From: Candidatus Zipacnadia bacterium
GTDB taxonomy: Bacteria > Armatimonadota > Zipacnadia > Zipacnadales > Zipacnadaceae
Reading direction: 5' to 3'
Length of the DNA stretch: 47,058 nucleotides
Assembly (NCBI GenBank): GCA_029821195.1
Contig: JALGTU010000003.1
Location: 1 to 47,058, forward strand
Shown one piece after another: positions 7,873 to 17,299 of the stretch (positions within the stretch are counted from its first letter, which is position 1; every line of letters starts with the position of its first letter). The notes beneath the pieces are model-generated. The model saw only the letters and a program-made list of their open reading frames with translations. It was not told where the DNA came from and did no database searches. Both the position numbers and the translations under genes were made by a program.

Positions 7873-10107
7873 TTACTGGCTTGGGTCCTCTGCCCGCACC
7901 TGGCCGTCCGCGTCCACGATTCGTCCACAAGCGACCAACGGTGGCTGCCCCGGCCGGAGGACTGCGCAGCGGCCTTTCAGCGTCAGCCCGTCCGAAAGCT
8001 CCACCGGTCCCTCACCAGACAGCCGCACCGCGATTTCCATGCGGTCAGCGCCGGGCGCAGTGATCTGCACACGCAGCGCGCCTTCAGGCGCAGGCAGTAG
8101 CTTGCCGGTTGCCTCGGGCACGACCCCTGGTGCTGGGAGGATAATCCACGCGAAGTCGGCGGCGCCGGGAATCTGCGCGCTGTATACTGCGCACGAGCTG
8201 GCCTGCTTTTTGTTGTAGGCTCCGCTGTACCATCCCTGGATGTGCGGCTTTTCCTGGCCCGTGACGATCTTGACGTTCCAATCCAGATCAGCGACGGGCA
8301 CAATGCGCAGATTTCCCTTCTCTGCGTCAGTCGTTACGACCGAACGGCCCTCGGCGGATAGCGTGCAATCGGGGTGGAAGTGCCAGAGCGGCGAGATCGT
8401 GCGGGGCTGGTCGGTCTCCAGCCGATCGAAGACGACCCAGCATCTTCCCTGTAGGTAGACCACCGCGCGCGTATGCGTTCCCGGTATGTACTCCGTCCCA
8501 TCCGGTTTCCAGCGCTGGTCGCCAAAGCCATCTTTATATGTCGCCACCGCGAAATCGAGGCCCGGCTGGAGGCTGTAGGTTCCCTGCATAGGTGCAGATG
8601 AGACGCGGTCGAAGCCGTTCTGGCCAATGCCATCCACCAGGATCACGTTGTGACCGGCGGAGAGCTGGAAGTACTCTCGCCAGGGACCTCCTTTGTACGT
8701 GTATCGGCCACTGTCAACGAGTAGGTCGCGGCCACCGGCGTGCACCGACAGATGCAGCTTATCACTGTGCTGATGTGACAGGCCCCAGGGTCCGGCGTCA
8801 AAGAAGGCCCAGTGGGCGTCTTGACCCCAGCCACTGCGCACAATGAGCTGGCCAGCCCAGGGGAAGATGTGGGATGGCAGGCCTTCGGGCTGCTCGCCTT
8901 GAGCGCCGTTGGTCGCGATGTAGACCCAGTCGGGACGGTCGTAGGTCTCGGCGGCGTCGGTCACTCTGGTGCGGTAGTCGGCGATGTCCGAATCGTTGTT
9001 CAGAGGCCCGGTACCATTGGGGCGCATGGCATACGCCAGATAATTGTACATCCGCTCAAGGCCTTGTGCAAACTCAGGCGGCACGGCCTGCCCAGCATTT
9101 TGCAGGCGCTGCGCAAACTCCTGGAATCTTTTCAATACTACCCAGTGATAGCTGCTGGTCAGTTCCTTCTGCACGCCGTCGGGATAGATCTGGAAGCTCA
9201 TTTCCTCCTGCATCTGCTCCTGGGCGTGGGCCAGCCAGGTCGCGGAGTCCTGGAACTCCGGAAAGCACAACGCGACCGCGGCCAGTCCGTTGAGCTCGAT
9301 CGCGGCTTTATTGTGATGTCTCTGGTGATACTTGTACAAGTAGTCGGCATGCTCAGGAAAGCTCGACAGCATAAGAATACGCCCGCCGGGGGTGAAGGCT
9401 TCGGCTTGCTGGAAACCGTAGAAGACCGCAGGCCAACTGTTGCCCATACGCTCGCCGGTATCAATTGCCCGCCAGGGCCCGCCGTGATCGTACTTGGGCG
9501 GGACAGGCATGTGAATGACCCAGTCGCGAATGAACCGGTCAAAGCCTTCAGCGTAGATCGAATTGCCGGTGTCCTGCCAGGCGCGGAGCAGCGTATTGAA
9601 GTAACTGTGCCGGTTGAGGCAACACTGCCACTCGACGTCATTGCTGTCGCCGTAGCTGAACCAGTTTATGGCCCCGTTTGGTTTGCGGATTTCGGTGCCG
9701 GTAATGCCCAGGAACGGGAAGGTGTCGTTGAGCAGCGCATCGCCCTCGCTGTCCCGGTCCTCACCGGGTACCACTGGCGGTATCCGCAGCCATTGACAAG
9801 TATCCCCGTCCCGGTAATAGGCAATCAGCGCGTCACACGCTGCGGGCATATCATCGTCTTCCACCGCAGCCTTGACCGTTTCGAGTCCGGGCCGAGCCAG
9901 GTCCAGGGCGGCCATTAGCCCCGACACCTTATCGGGATACGCGGCGCACACCGCCGCGACGGTGGTTGCATTGCTCCAGTTTTGCTTCGGCTCTTCAGCC
10001 ATGACTATTCCTCCGTACAGCAACACTAATAGCAGCATGGTCACCAGGCCCGCCGACGGGCGTTGGCCGCCTTGATTTTTTACATAACCTTCTCTAGCCG
10101 TACTCAT
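7873..10107 (-). CDS. Heparinase II/III family polysaccharide lyase
   Basis: LNRH, PWRAIDTGER, HN, PDGVQKELTSSYH, HQHSDKL, DSGRYTY and HNVILVDG motifs. An alternative start at 10002 has a GGAGG RBS. Confidence 0.85.
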   Translation of the reverse strand: MSTAREGYVKNQGGQRPSAGLVTMLLLVLLYGGIVMAEEPKQNWSNATTVAAVCAAYPDKVSGLMAALDLARPGLETVKAAVEDDDMPAACDALIAYYRDGDTCQWLRIPPVVPGEDRDSEGDALLNDTFPFLGITGTEIRKPNGAINWFSYGDSNDVEWQCCLNRHSYFNTLLRAWQDTGNSIYAEGFDRFIRDWVIHMPVPPKYDHGGPWRAIDTGERMGNSWPAVFYGFQQAEAFTPGGRILMLSSFPEHADYLYKYHQRHHNKAAIELNGLAAVALCFPEFQDSATWLAHAQEQMQEEMSFQIYPDGVQKELTSSYHWVVLKRFQEFAQRLQNAGQAVPPEFAQGLERMYNYLAYAMRPNGTGPLNNDSDIADYRTRVTDAAETYDRPDWVYIATNGAQGEQPEGLPSHIFPWAGQLIVRSGWGQDAHWAFFDAGPWGLSHQHSDKLHLSVHAGGRDLLVDSGRYTYKGGPWREYFQLSAGHNVILVDGIGQNGFDRVSSAPMQGTYSLQPGLDFAVATYKDGFGDQRWKPDGTEYIPGTHTRAVVYLQGRCWVVFDRLETDQPRTISPLWHFHPDCTLSAEGRSVVTTDAEKGNLRIVPVADLDWNVKIVTGQEKPHIQGWYSGAYNKKQASSCAVYSAQIPGAADFAWIILPAPGVVPEATGKLLPAPEGALRVQITAPGADRMEIAVRLSGEGPVELSDGLTLKGRCAVLRPGQPPLVACGRIVDADGQVRAEDPSQ

Positions 10108-10237
10108 GATGAATCCTCAGATCGGCTGCAACGCGTGAAGATAGTTAACAACGAGGCTATTGTCCCTGACAATCGTATTCGCCGCTGCCCCGAGGGAACC
10201 TCCCTCCCGCACGGACAAGCGGGTCCTGATTCAATGA

Positions 10238-11263
10238 TCAGAACTCGTACTCGCGGCTGCGGTGGAGCAGGTAGAGGAAGAACGGTGCGCCCAAGAGCGA
10301 GGTGACGATGCCGATCGGTATCTCGCCGGCGAGGTTGGCCACGATGTCGGAGAGGCCCAGCACTACGCCGCCGGCCAGCAGACACATGGGCAGGAGTATA
10401 CGGTGATTGGGCCCGACTAGCAGACGCATCAGGTGAGGTACGATCAGCCCGATGAAGCCGATGGTGCCGGTGACGGCCACCGCGGCGGCGGCCAACAGCG
10501 AGGCCAGAACGAGCAGGATGAGCTTGACCCGCTCTACCGGCACGCCCAGGTAGTAAGCCTGTTCGTCGCCCATCAGTAGGACGTTGAGCTCCCGGGAATA
10601 GAGGTAAACGATGGCCGTAGCGCCCAGCGCGTAGGGCAGGATCATCTGCACGTGCTCCCAGCCGCGATTGGCGACGCTGCCCATCATCCAGATGATGACC
10701 AGGTCCAGGTCGCCCTCCCGGCCGCGGATGAGCAGGAACGAAGAGATGGCCGAGGCCAACGCGCCCAGGGCAATGCCGGTCAGCAGCAGCAAGGTGACCG
10801 GCGTGCGGCCACCGCGGCGCGAGAGCAGGTATACCGCGGCGGAAACAGCGAGTGCGCCGATGAAGGCGGCTACGGGCACCGCGCTGAGGCCCCAGAAGCC
10901 GATCTTGAATCCGAGCATAATGGCGGCGGTCGCGCCCAAGGCCGCACCAGCGGAGACGCCGAGGATTGACGGCGCGGCCATCGGGTTCTGGAAGAAGCTC
11001 TGCATCACTGTGCCTGCTACGGCCAGCGAGGCGCCCACCAGTAGCGCCAGGATCAGGCGGGGCAGGCGGATGTCGAGCACGATTGATTGCTCTACGGAGC
11101 TGGCCTGGGGTGCCAGACCGCCCAGCCCGGGCACTGCGCCAACCAGTATCCGCATTGCCCTGGCCGGGGGCAAGCCGGAGGGCCCCACCGCCAGGGAGAT
11201 AACCACCGTAGCCACGAGTAGTACTACCAGGCTCACAGTCACTGCCACATACCGCCCCCTCAT
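10238..11263 (-). CDS. btuC: FecCD/BtuC-family ABC transporter permease, probably for cobalamin
   Basis: IRLPR, QNPMAAPSILGVSAGA, GDEQAYYLGV and IGFIGLIVPH motifs; lies in the riboswitch-led operon. Confidence 0.88.
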   Translation of the reverse strand: MRGRYVAVTVSLVVLLVATVVISLAVGPSGLPPARAMRILVGAVPGLGGLAPQASSVEQSIVLDIRLPRLILALLVGASLAVAGTVMQSFFQNPMAAPSILGVSAGAALGATAAIMLGFKIGFWGLSAVPVAAFIGALAVSAAVYLLSRRGGRTPVTLLLLTGIALGALASAISSFLLIRGREGDLDLVIIWMMGSVANRGWEHVQMILPYALGATAIVYLYSRELNVLLMGDEQAYYLGVPVERVKLILLVLASLLAAAAVAVTGTIGFIGLIVPHLMRLLVGPNHRILLPMCLLAGGVVLGLSDIVANLAGEIPIGIVTSLLGAPFFLYLLHRSREYEF

Positions 11264-12075
11264 GGCTGCTCACCCTTTGGCGATGCGGCTGCGGGGAGCA
11301 GGCTGACCCGAGGAGCGCCACCGGGCCCAGTATCCACCTCGACCTCAGCGTGGTAGACCTGGGCGATCATTCCTGTGGTGATTACCGCCGCCGGCGGACC
11401 CTCGACATGCACCCGCCCCTCGGACAGAACCACCAGCCGTTCGCAGTACTGGGCCGCCAGATTCAGGTCATGCGAGACGCAGACGACTGTGATGCCCTGT
11501 TCGCGGTTGAACCGGGCCAGCAGCTCGAAGATGTCGTGCTGGTGGTTGATGTCGAGAAAAGCGGTGGGCTCGTCCAGCAGCAGGATGCCGGCCTGCTGAG
11601 TAAAGGCCCGCGCCAGGGCTGCGCGCTGGAACTCGCCGCTGGACAGCTCGGTAACCGGTCGGCTGGCGAGATGAGTGATGTCCGCCAGGGCCAGGGCTTC
11701 CCAGGCAATGTGCAGGTCGCTGGGGCGCTGCGACTGCAGGCGGCCCAGATAGGGAGTGCGGCCCATCAGGACGTAGTCTTCGACGGCGAACGAGAAGATG
11801 CTGCCGGTAATCTGGGGGACGACGGCGATTCTCTGGGCAATCTGGCGCCGGGAGTAGCTGCTCAGCGGCCGGTCCTCGAGCAGCACGGCACCGGCGCTCA
11901 GGGGCAATATGCCGGTCAATGCCCTCAGCAGAGTACTCTTGCCGGAGCCGTTCGGGCCGATTAGCCCCACGAATTCTCCACGAGCCACGCCCATGGTTAC
12001 ACCGTGCAGCACCTCTCGCCCGTCATACCCGCACACTACTCCCTCGGCTCTCAATACTTGTTTCTCGCCCACCAT
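11260..12075 (-). CDS. btuD: ABC transporter ATPase, FepC/BtuD type
   Basis: Walker A GPNGSGKST, signature LSSGE, Walker B LLLDEPT and SHDLN. Short overlaps with both neighbours. Confidence 0.88.
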   Translation of the reverse strand: MVGEKQVLRAEGVVCGYDGREVLHGVTMGVARGEFVGLIGPNGSGKSTLLRALTGILPLSAGAVLLEDRPLSSYSRRQIAQRIAVVPQITGSIFSFAVEDYVLMGRTPYLGRLQSQRPSDLHIAWEALALADITHLASRPVTELSSGEFQRAALARAFTQQAGILLLDEPTAFLDINHQHDIFELLARFNREQGITVVCVSHDLNLAAQYCERLVVLSEGRVHVEGPPAAVITTGMIAQVYHAEVEVDTGPGGAPRVSLLPAAASPKGEQP

Positions 12076-12815
12076 CACGTTTTCCCAGAAAGAGTGTCTC
12101 TTCCGACTAACTGGTACTGGCGAGTATCCAACAGCCAGTAGCCTTCCCGCAGGACCTTTCGGGATTCAGAAATCTGTATCCTTTGTTGAAACATAGGCCC
12201 ATCGGTCACAAAGGTATGGTATTCGCCGTTTTCACCGCACGGCTCGATGTCATTTTCTTTCAGGTAAGTCAAGAACTCTCGGTCAAGCGTCCGACCCACC
12301 CACTCTTCGTCAATTAACCCAGACTTGGCGCTCACAATTGTCGCTTCGAAGCCCACGTCTATGAACTCGCGCAGAACCTCTTCCGGGTCCCTTCCCCAAA
12401 GCGGTTCAATTGCACGAATCCCCAGTTCCCGGCAGACTCTTTCGGTCCAATCTTTGTGCTCTTGCAGGAATATATCGCCGAAGACCATAGCCTCTACACC
12501 GTCACTGAGCAGGCTTAGGACGGCCTCCCTGAATACCTGCTCATATCCGTCGTCGGGAGTCGGATTCTGGAGCAGAGAGATGCCGATTGCCTGGGATTGG
12601 AGTTGAATGAGCCGGGCTTCTGTGCCGTGAAAGCGTACTCTACGGTACTTCTCCGAGATGAAATTGACAAGGCGGGTCACATCGTGGCCCTGAGAAATCG
12701 CCGCATAGCAGGCCAAGCAGCTATCTTTGCCGCCACTCCAGGAGACGATGACCTTGCTCATAGTAATAGACGTTGCCTCTCCAACGCGGAGCCGTTCAAT
12801 ACTCCGCCTGGTCAT
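12075..12815 (-). CDS. Dph6/MJ0570-like PP-loop ATP pyrophosphatase (diphthine-ammonia ligase family)
   Basis: SWSGGKDS PP-loop, FGDIFL, EPLW and PCGENGEYHTFVTDGP motifs. Alternative start at 12761. Confidence 0.9.
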   Translation of the reverse strand: MTRRSIERLRVGEATSITMSKVIVSWSGGKDSCLACYAAISQGHDVTRLVNFISEKYRRVRFHGTEARLIQLQSQAIGISLLQNPTPDDGYEQVFREAVLSLLSDGVEAMVFGDIFLQEHKDWTERVCRELGIRAIEPLWGRDPEEVLREFIDVGFEATIVSAKSGLIDEEWVGRTLDREFLTYLKENDIEPCGENGEYHTFVTDGPMFQQRIQISESRKVLREGYWLLDTRQYQLVGRDTLSGKT

Positions 12816-13855
12816 TCTTCCGATTGAGTGACATATTGCGCCGCAGCCTCGCTTAGAAGTTGGCTAATCTGTTCAAGCCCCTCAAAGAGCCGCGGGCCCG
12901 GCCGGGCGACCAGGTCGTCGTTGATAGTGTAGACCTGGCCGGTGTGGACTGCGGCCACCTCTCGCCAGGCCGGCGTTGCTCTTAGTTCGGTGAGAATGTC
13001 GCTGGATGTCTCGCCGCCGCCGGTACCGTGTGTCTGGGTGATAATGAGCTGCGGGTCGGCGGCGACGATGGCTTCCCGGGAAACCTGCGGCCAGGGCCGG
13101 TGTTGATCAACGTGGGGCAGGCCGGCGATGGCGTTGCGGGCCCCGCAAGTGCGGATGACATCGTTGATGAAGCTGGTAGTGCCGGCGACGAACAATGGCT
13201 CGCGGGACACGATGAAGAGCACCCGCAACTGGACAGCGGCCCACCGGCGGCTATCTGCCTCGACCTGTGCTTTGCGCTCGGCCAGCTTGTCGGCAGCTTC
13301 GGCCCCCTGGCGGTCGTGTCCGGTGAGTTGGCCGAGGCGCTGTATCAGGGCGATGACGTCGTCCAGCGTCTGCGGGTCATACCCCAGAACGGGTATTTTC
13401 ATCTCCCCCAGCCGGTCCAGGAAGGCCATGTCAAGGCCCCGCGCGGCCAGGACCAGGTCCGGTTGGAGGCTGACCAGCTTCTCCAGGCTGGGGTTGATAA
13501 TTCCACCGATGCTGGGCTTATCCAGCGCCTCCCGCGGGTAATCGCAGAAATCGGTGCGCCCGACCAACTGTTCCTCAGCTCCGATCACAAAGACGATCTC
13601 AGTGAGATTGGGCGACAAGGTAACAATACGTTGCGGCGCTTCCTTGAGGGTGACTGTGTTGCCCAGGTCGTCGGTGAACGCCCGGGGCCACTCGCTTGCC
13701 ACCGGGTGCATCTTTGGACCGGAAGGTGACTGGCCGGCTTGCTGGATGCCCCGACAGCCGCCCAGGACTGCCAGCACCACCGCGGCGATTGCCACGGCTA
13801 GTGGCCTGGCCGACGCTGTTGTACTCAGGATTTTGCTGCGCTTCGGTGCTCCCAT
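12812..13855 (-). CDS. btuF: BtuF-like cobalamin-binding lipoprotein
   Basis: LGGC lipobox, DDLGNTV, PQRIVTLSPNLTE, DFCDYP and RPGPR motifs; downstream of the cobalamin riboswitch. Confidence 0.85.
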   Translation of the reverse strand: MGAPKRSKILSTTASARPLAVAIAAVVLAVLGGCRGIQQAGQSPSGPKMHPVASEWPRAFTDDLGNTVTLKEAPQRIVTLSPNLTEIVFVIGAEEQLVGRTDFCDYPREALDKPSIGGIINPSLEKLVSLQPDLVLAARGLDMAFLDRLGEMKIPVLGYDPQTLDDVIALIQRLGQLTGHDRQGAEAADKLAERKAQVEADSRRWAAVQLRVLFIVSREPLFVAGTTSFINDVIRTCGARNAIAGLPHVDQHRPWPQVSREAIVAADPQLIITQTHGTGGGETSSDILTELRATPAWREVAAVHTGQVYTINDDLVARPGPRLFEGLEQISQLLSEAAAQYVTQSEE

Positions 13856-13862
13856 AGGGCGG

Positions 13863-14612
<750 letters not shown>

Positions 14613-14722
14613 TATAAGCCCTCCGTTATTGGTCAGGTGTGGGGTGCAAATTGGTTACTTCTGGGTGCTCGGTGCGTATTCAGTTGTTGCGGCGGACTGC
14701 GCCGTCGGCCGGATGCGGTAAC

Positions 14723-14751
14723 AAAAAACCACCGCTCCGGAAAGCGGTGGT
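14723..14751 (-). terminator. Intrinsic terminator (riboswitch expression platform)
   Basis: On the minus strand, ACCACCGCT-ttccgg-AGCGGTGGT is followed by a U-tract. It sits between the riboswitch and the first ORF. Confidence 0.88.
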
Positions 14752-14770
14752 GTCTACGAAATAAAATCAG

Positions 14771-14980
14771 CACCTCCCTTCCCGCGAAGAGATGAAACTG
14801 AACAGCGCTTGCGCAGCAGTGTCCTGACTCCCGGATCGTCCTACTTCCCGCGCCTTCCCGAGACCGTGATGATCTCAGTGGCTGGGTGCGGGGTTCGTCC
14901 CCGGTTACAGTTGCGGGGCAGTGACGGCTTCGCACCGTCTTCCTGCTATCGGCCCACGAAGGGCCTCAAACGCAAGCGGT
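14771..14980 (-). ncRNA. Cobalamin riboswitch
   Basis: Minus strand carries AGGAAGACGGTGCGAAGCCGTCACTGCCCCGCAACTGTAA, GCCACTG, GGGAAG and the B12 box GAGTCAGGACACTGC. Closing stem CGCTTGCG/CGCAAGCG (14978-14971/14813-14806). Loop GCGAAG is complementary to CTTCGC in the downstream hairpin (kissing loop). Confidence 0.95.
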
Positions 14981-14999
14981 CATCTTCAATTGTTACTTT

Positions 15000-15028
15000 A
15001 CAATAACATACTGCCAGCCGGTTGTCAA
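15000..15028 (-). promoter_or_regulatory. Sigma70-type promoter for the riboswitch operon
   Basis: Minus strand TTGACA-N17-TATTGT with an extended -10 TG, about 20 nt before the riboswitch. Confidence 0.75.
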
Positions 15029-15053
15029 GGGGCAGTTCTCGACGCTGGTCACC

Positions 15054-15082
15054 TTGCTTGCACCCCATTGTTGTGGTAATAT
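15054..15082 (+). promoter_or_regulatory. Sigma70-type promoter for the rib operon
   Basis: TTGCTT-N17-TAATAT with an extended -10 TG, just upstream of GGAGG and ATG 15099. Confidence 0.6.
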
Positions 15083-15098
15083 GTTAGCGGAGGCGGCT

Positions 15099-15521
15099 AT
15101 GAATTCCACCGTGGCTGTTTTGCTGGGCGTAGCGGCAATTGGCATAATCATTGCGGTACTGGTGGAGTTGAGCAAGTACTTCCGCGGCCAGAGTATCATC
15201 TCTGGCCGACAGCTCGGTCTGCGGGTGGTTATGGCCGTGCTACTGCTGGCTATACTCGGCCTCAGCTTATGGGGGATGGTCTATTTCCAGAGACGCCCTG
15301 AGCCCTTTGCGGTGGTGGTGTTCGGGCTCGCGCTGGTGCTGCTGGCCGTGGTGGTGATGGTTCTGGCGGTGGTGGACCTGCGCCAGGTGCGCGCCACGCA
15401 TCACCGCGCCCGGGCCGAGCTATACCAGCGCCTGGCGGACCTGCGCCAGGAGATAGCCGAGATTACTAAGGCCAAGCAGTCCGAAGACGAGAGCGAGCAG
15501 CGGCCCGAGATACCGTCGTGA
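15099..15521 (+). CDS. Hypothetical membrane protein (about 3 TM helices plus a charged tail)
   Basis: GGAGG RBS, three hydrophobic stretches and a GTGA overlap with ribD. Confidence 0.8.
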   Translation: MNSTVAVLLGVAAIGIIIAVLVELSKYFRGQSIISGRQLGLRVVMAVLLLAILGLSLWGMVYFQRRPEPFAVVVFGLALVLLAVVVMVLAVVDLRQVRATHHRARAELYQRLADLRQEIAEITKAKQSEDESEQRPEIPS

Positions 15522-16657
15522 CCACTGAGCCCCGGCATTTGCAATACATGCACCGAGCCCTGGAATTGGCGGCTCGGGGCCTGGGTCGGACCTCACCGAA
15601 TCCCGCCGTGGGTGCGATCGTGGTCGCAGGGGGCGAAGTCGTCGGCGAGGGTTTTCACCGGGCGGCTGGCCAGCCGCATGCCGAAGTGCTGGCGCTACGC
15701 GCGGCGGGGGAGCGCGCGGCGGGCGCGGACCTTTACGTGAGCCTGGAGCCCTGCTCAACTTCCGGGCGCACGCCGCCGTGTACCGAGGCAATAATCGCTG
15801 CCGGAATCGCGCGTGTTATATACGCCTGCCGCGATTGCGATCCGAGCAACGCCGGTCGTGCGGATGAGGTGCTTAATGCCGCCGGCATCGAGACTGTCTG
15901 TGGCCCACTGGAACAGGAAGCTCGCGAGCTAAACGAGGCCTATTTCAAGCACAAGGTGACCGGGCGACCTTTTGTTACGGTCAAGCTGGCCTGCACGCTG
16001 GACGGCAAGATCGCTACACGCAGCGGCGAGTCGAAGTGGATAACCGGCGAAAAGGCCCGCGCGTTTGTGCACGTCCTGCGCGACCGCAGCGACGCGGTGA
16101 TGGTGGGGGATGGCACGGTGCTGGCCGATGACCCGGCGCTGACCACGCGCCTGGATAAGCCCGATGCCCGCGACGCGCTGCGGGTGGTGGTGGATTCGAC
16201 TGCGGCCACGCCGCCCGGGGCGAAAGTGGTAGTGGGGCCGAGCGCTGCGCCTTGTATAATTGCTGTCTCCGTGCGGGAGATGCGCAGGGAGAGTACGCGG
16301 CGGCGAGCGGGGGAGCTCGAGGAGGCCGGCGCCGAGATTCTGGAACTGCCGGAGATGCGCGAAAGGCACGGCGAGATTGACCTGAGAGAATTGATGGGCG
16401 AACTCGGCTCACGCGACATTATGTCCCTCTTAGTCGAGGGCGGCGCGCGACTGGTCGGTGGGCTGATGCGGCAGAATCTCGTGGACAAGCTCCTGCTGTT
16501 CTATGCGCCGAAGATCATCGGCGATCAGAACGCGATCAGCGCTGTCGTCGGACTCGACATCGAAAACATGTCCGAGGCTCGCACCGTCCGAATCGAGCGG
16601 GTTGAGCAAATCGGAGAGGACATACTGGTGACGGCATACCCATGTTCACCGGATTGA
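15518..16657 (+). CDS. ribD: Riboflavin biosynthesis deaminase/reductase
   Basis: TSPNPAVG, HAE, SLEPC..TPPC, TLDGKIA, SKWIT and VEGG motifs. Confidence 0.95.
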   Translation: MTTEPRHLQYMHRALELAARGLGRTSPNPAVGAIVVAGGEVVGEGFHRAAGQPHAEVLALRAAGERAAGADLYVSLEPCSTSGRTPPCTEAIIAAGIARVIYACRDCDPSNAGRADEVLNAAGIETVCGPLEQEARELNEAYFKHKVTGRPFVTVKLACTLDGKIATRSGESKWITGEKARAFVHVLRDRSDAVMVGDGTVLADDPALTTRLDKPDARDALRVVVDSTAATPPGAKVVVGPSAAPCIIAVSVREMRRESTRRRAGELEEAGAEILELPEMRERHGEIDLRELMGELGSRDIMSLLVEGGARLVGGLMRQNLVDKLLLFYAPKIIGDQNAISAVVGLDIENMSEARTVRIERVEQIGEDILVTAYPCSPD

Positions 16658-17289
16658 TCGAAGAAACCGGGCGCGTAGTTAGCGTAGTGCCCGCGGGCGG
16701 CGGCCTGGACCTGACGGTCGAGGCGCCGGCCCTCGGCCCCCAGTGTAGGCGGGGCGACAGCGTCGCCATCAACGGGGTCTGCCTGACGGTCGAGGAGATA
16801 TCCGGCAGCAACCTGAACTTCCACGTCGGCACCGAAACTGTTGCGCGTAGCAGCGTGGCCCAGTGGCAGCCCGGCAGGCGCGTTAACCTGGAACGGGCGC
16901 TGGCGGTGGGCCAGCGCATGGGCGGGCACTTTGTCCAGGGGCATGTGGACTGCGTCGGCACGCTCGTGAATCGCGCACCGGCGGGGGGGACGACATATTT
17001 CACCTTCGCGCTGCCCGCTGAAATCCGGCCCTTTGTGGCCGAGAAGGGCAGTATCGCGGTTGACGGGATAAGCTTGACTGTCACAGAGGTCAGCGAAGAA
17101 AGCTTCGCCGTCGCCATCATCCCGTATACACTGGAACACACCAACCTCGGCGAGCTTGCTCCTGGGGCCAGCGTCAATATCGAGGTTGATATTATCGCCA
17201 GATACGTCTACAATGTCCTGCACCAGCAGGGCACGGCACCTACCGGGCGGATTACCGAAGAATTCCTGGCCGAACACGGTTTTGGCTAG
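16642..17289 (+). CDS. ribE: Riboflavin synthase (alpha chain)
   Basis: MFTGLIEE, GDSVAINGVCLTV, VNLERA, GGHFVQGHVD and KGSIAVDGISLTV motifs. Confidence 0.96.
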   Translation: MFTGLIEETGRVVSVVPAGGGLDLTVEAPALGPQCRRGDSVAINGVCLTVEEISGSNLNFHVGTETVARSSVAQWQPGRRVNLERALAVGQRMGGHFVQGHVDCVGTLVNRAPAGGTTYFTFALPAEIRPFVAEKGSIAVDGISLTVTEVSEESFAVAIIPYTLEHTNLGELAPGASVNIEVDIIARYVYNVLHQQGTAPTGRITEEFLAEHGFG

Positions 17290-17299
17290 GTGTGGGCCA

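Noticed and set aside
10104-11321. 405-aa same-strand alternative frame over btuC
   Set aside because: Arg/Pro/Gly-rich off-frame translation with no motifs; the btuC frame explains the region.
14633-14935. 100-aa ORF as a leader peptide
   Set aside because: It runs through the riboswitch and terminator, which fully explain the sequence.
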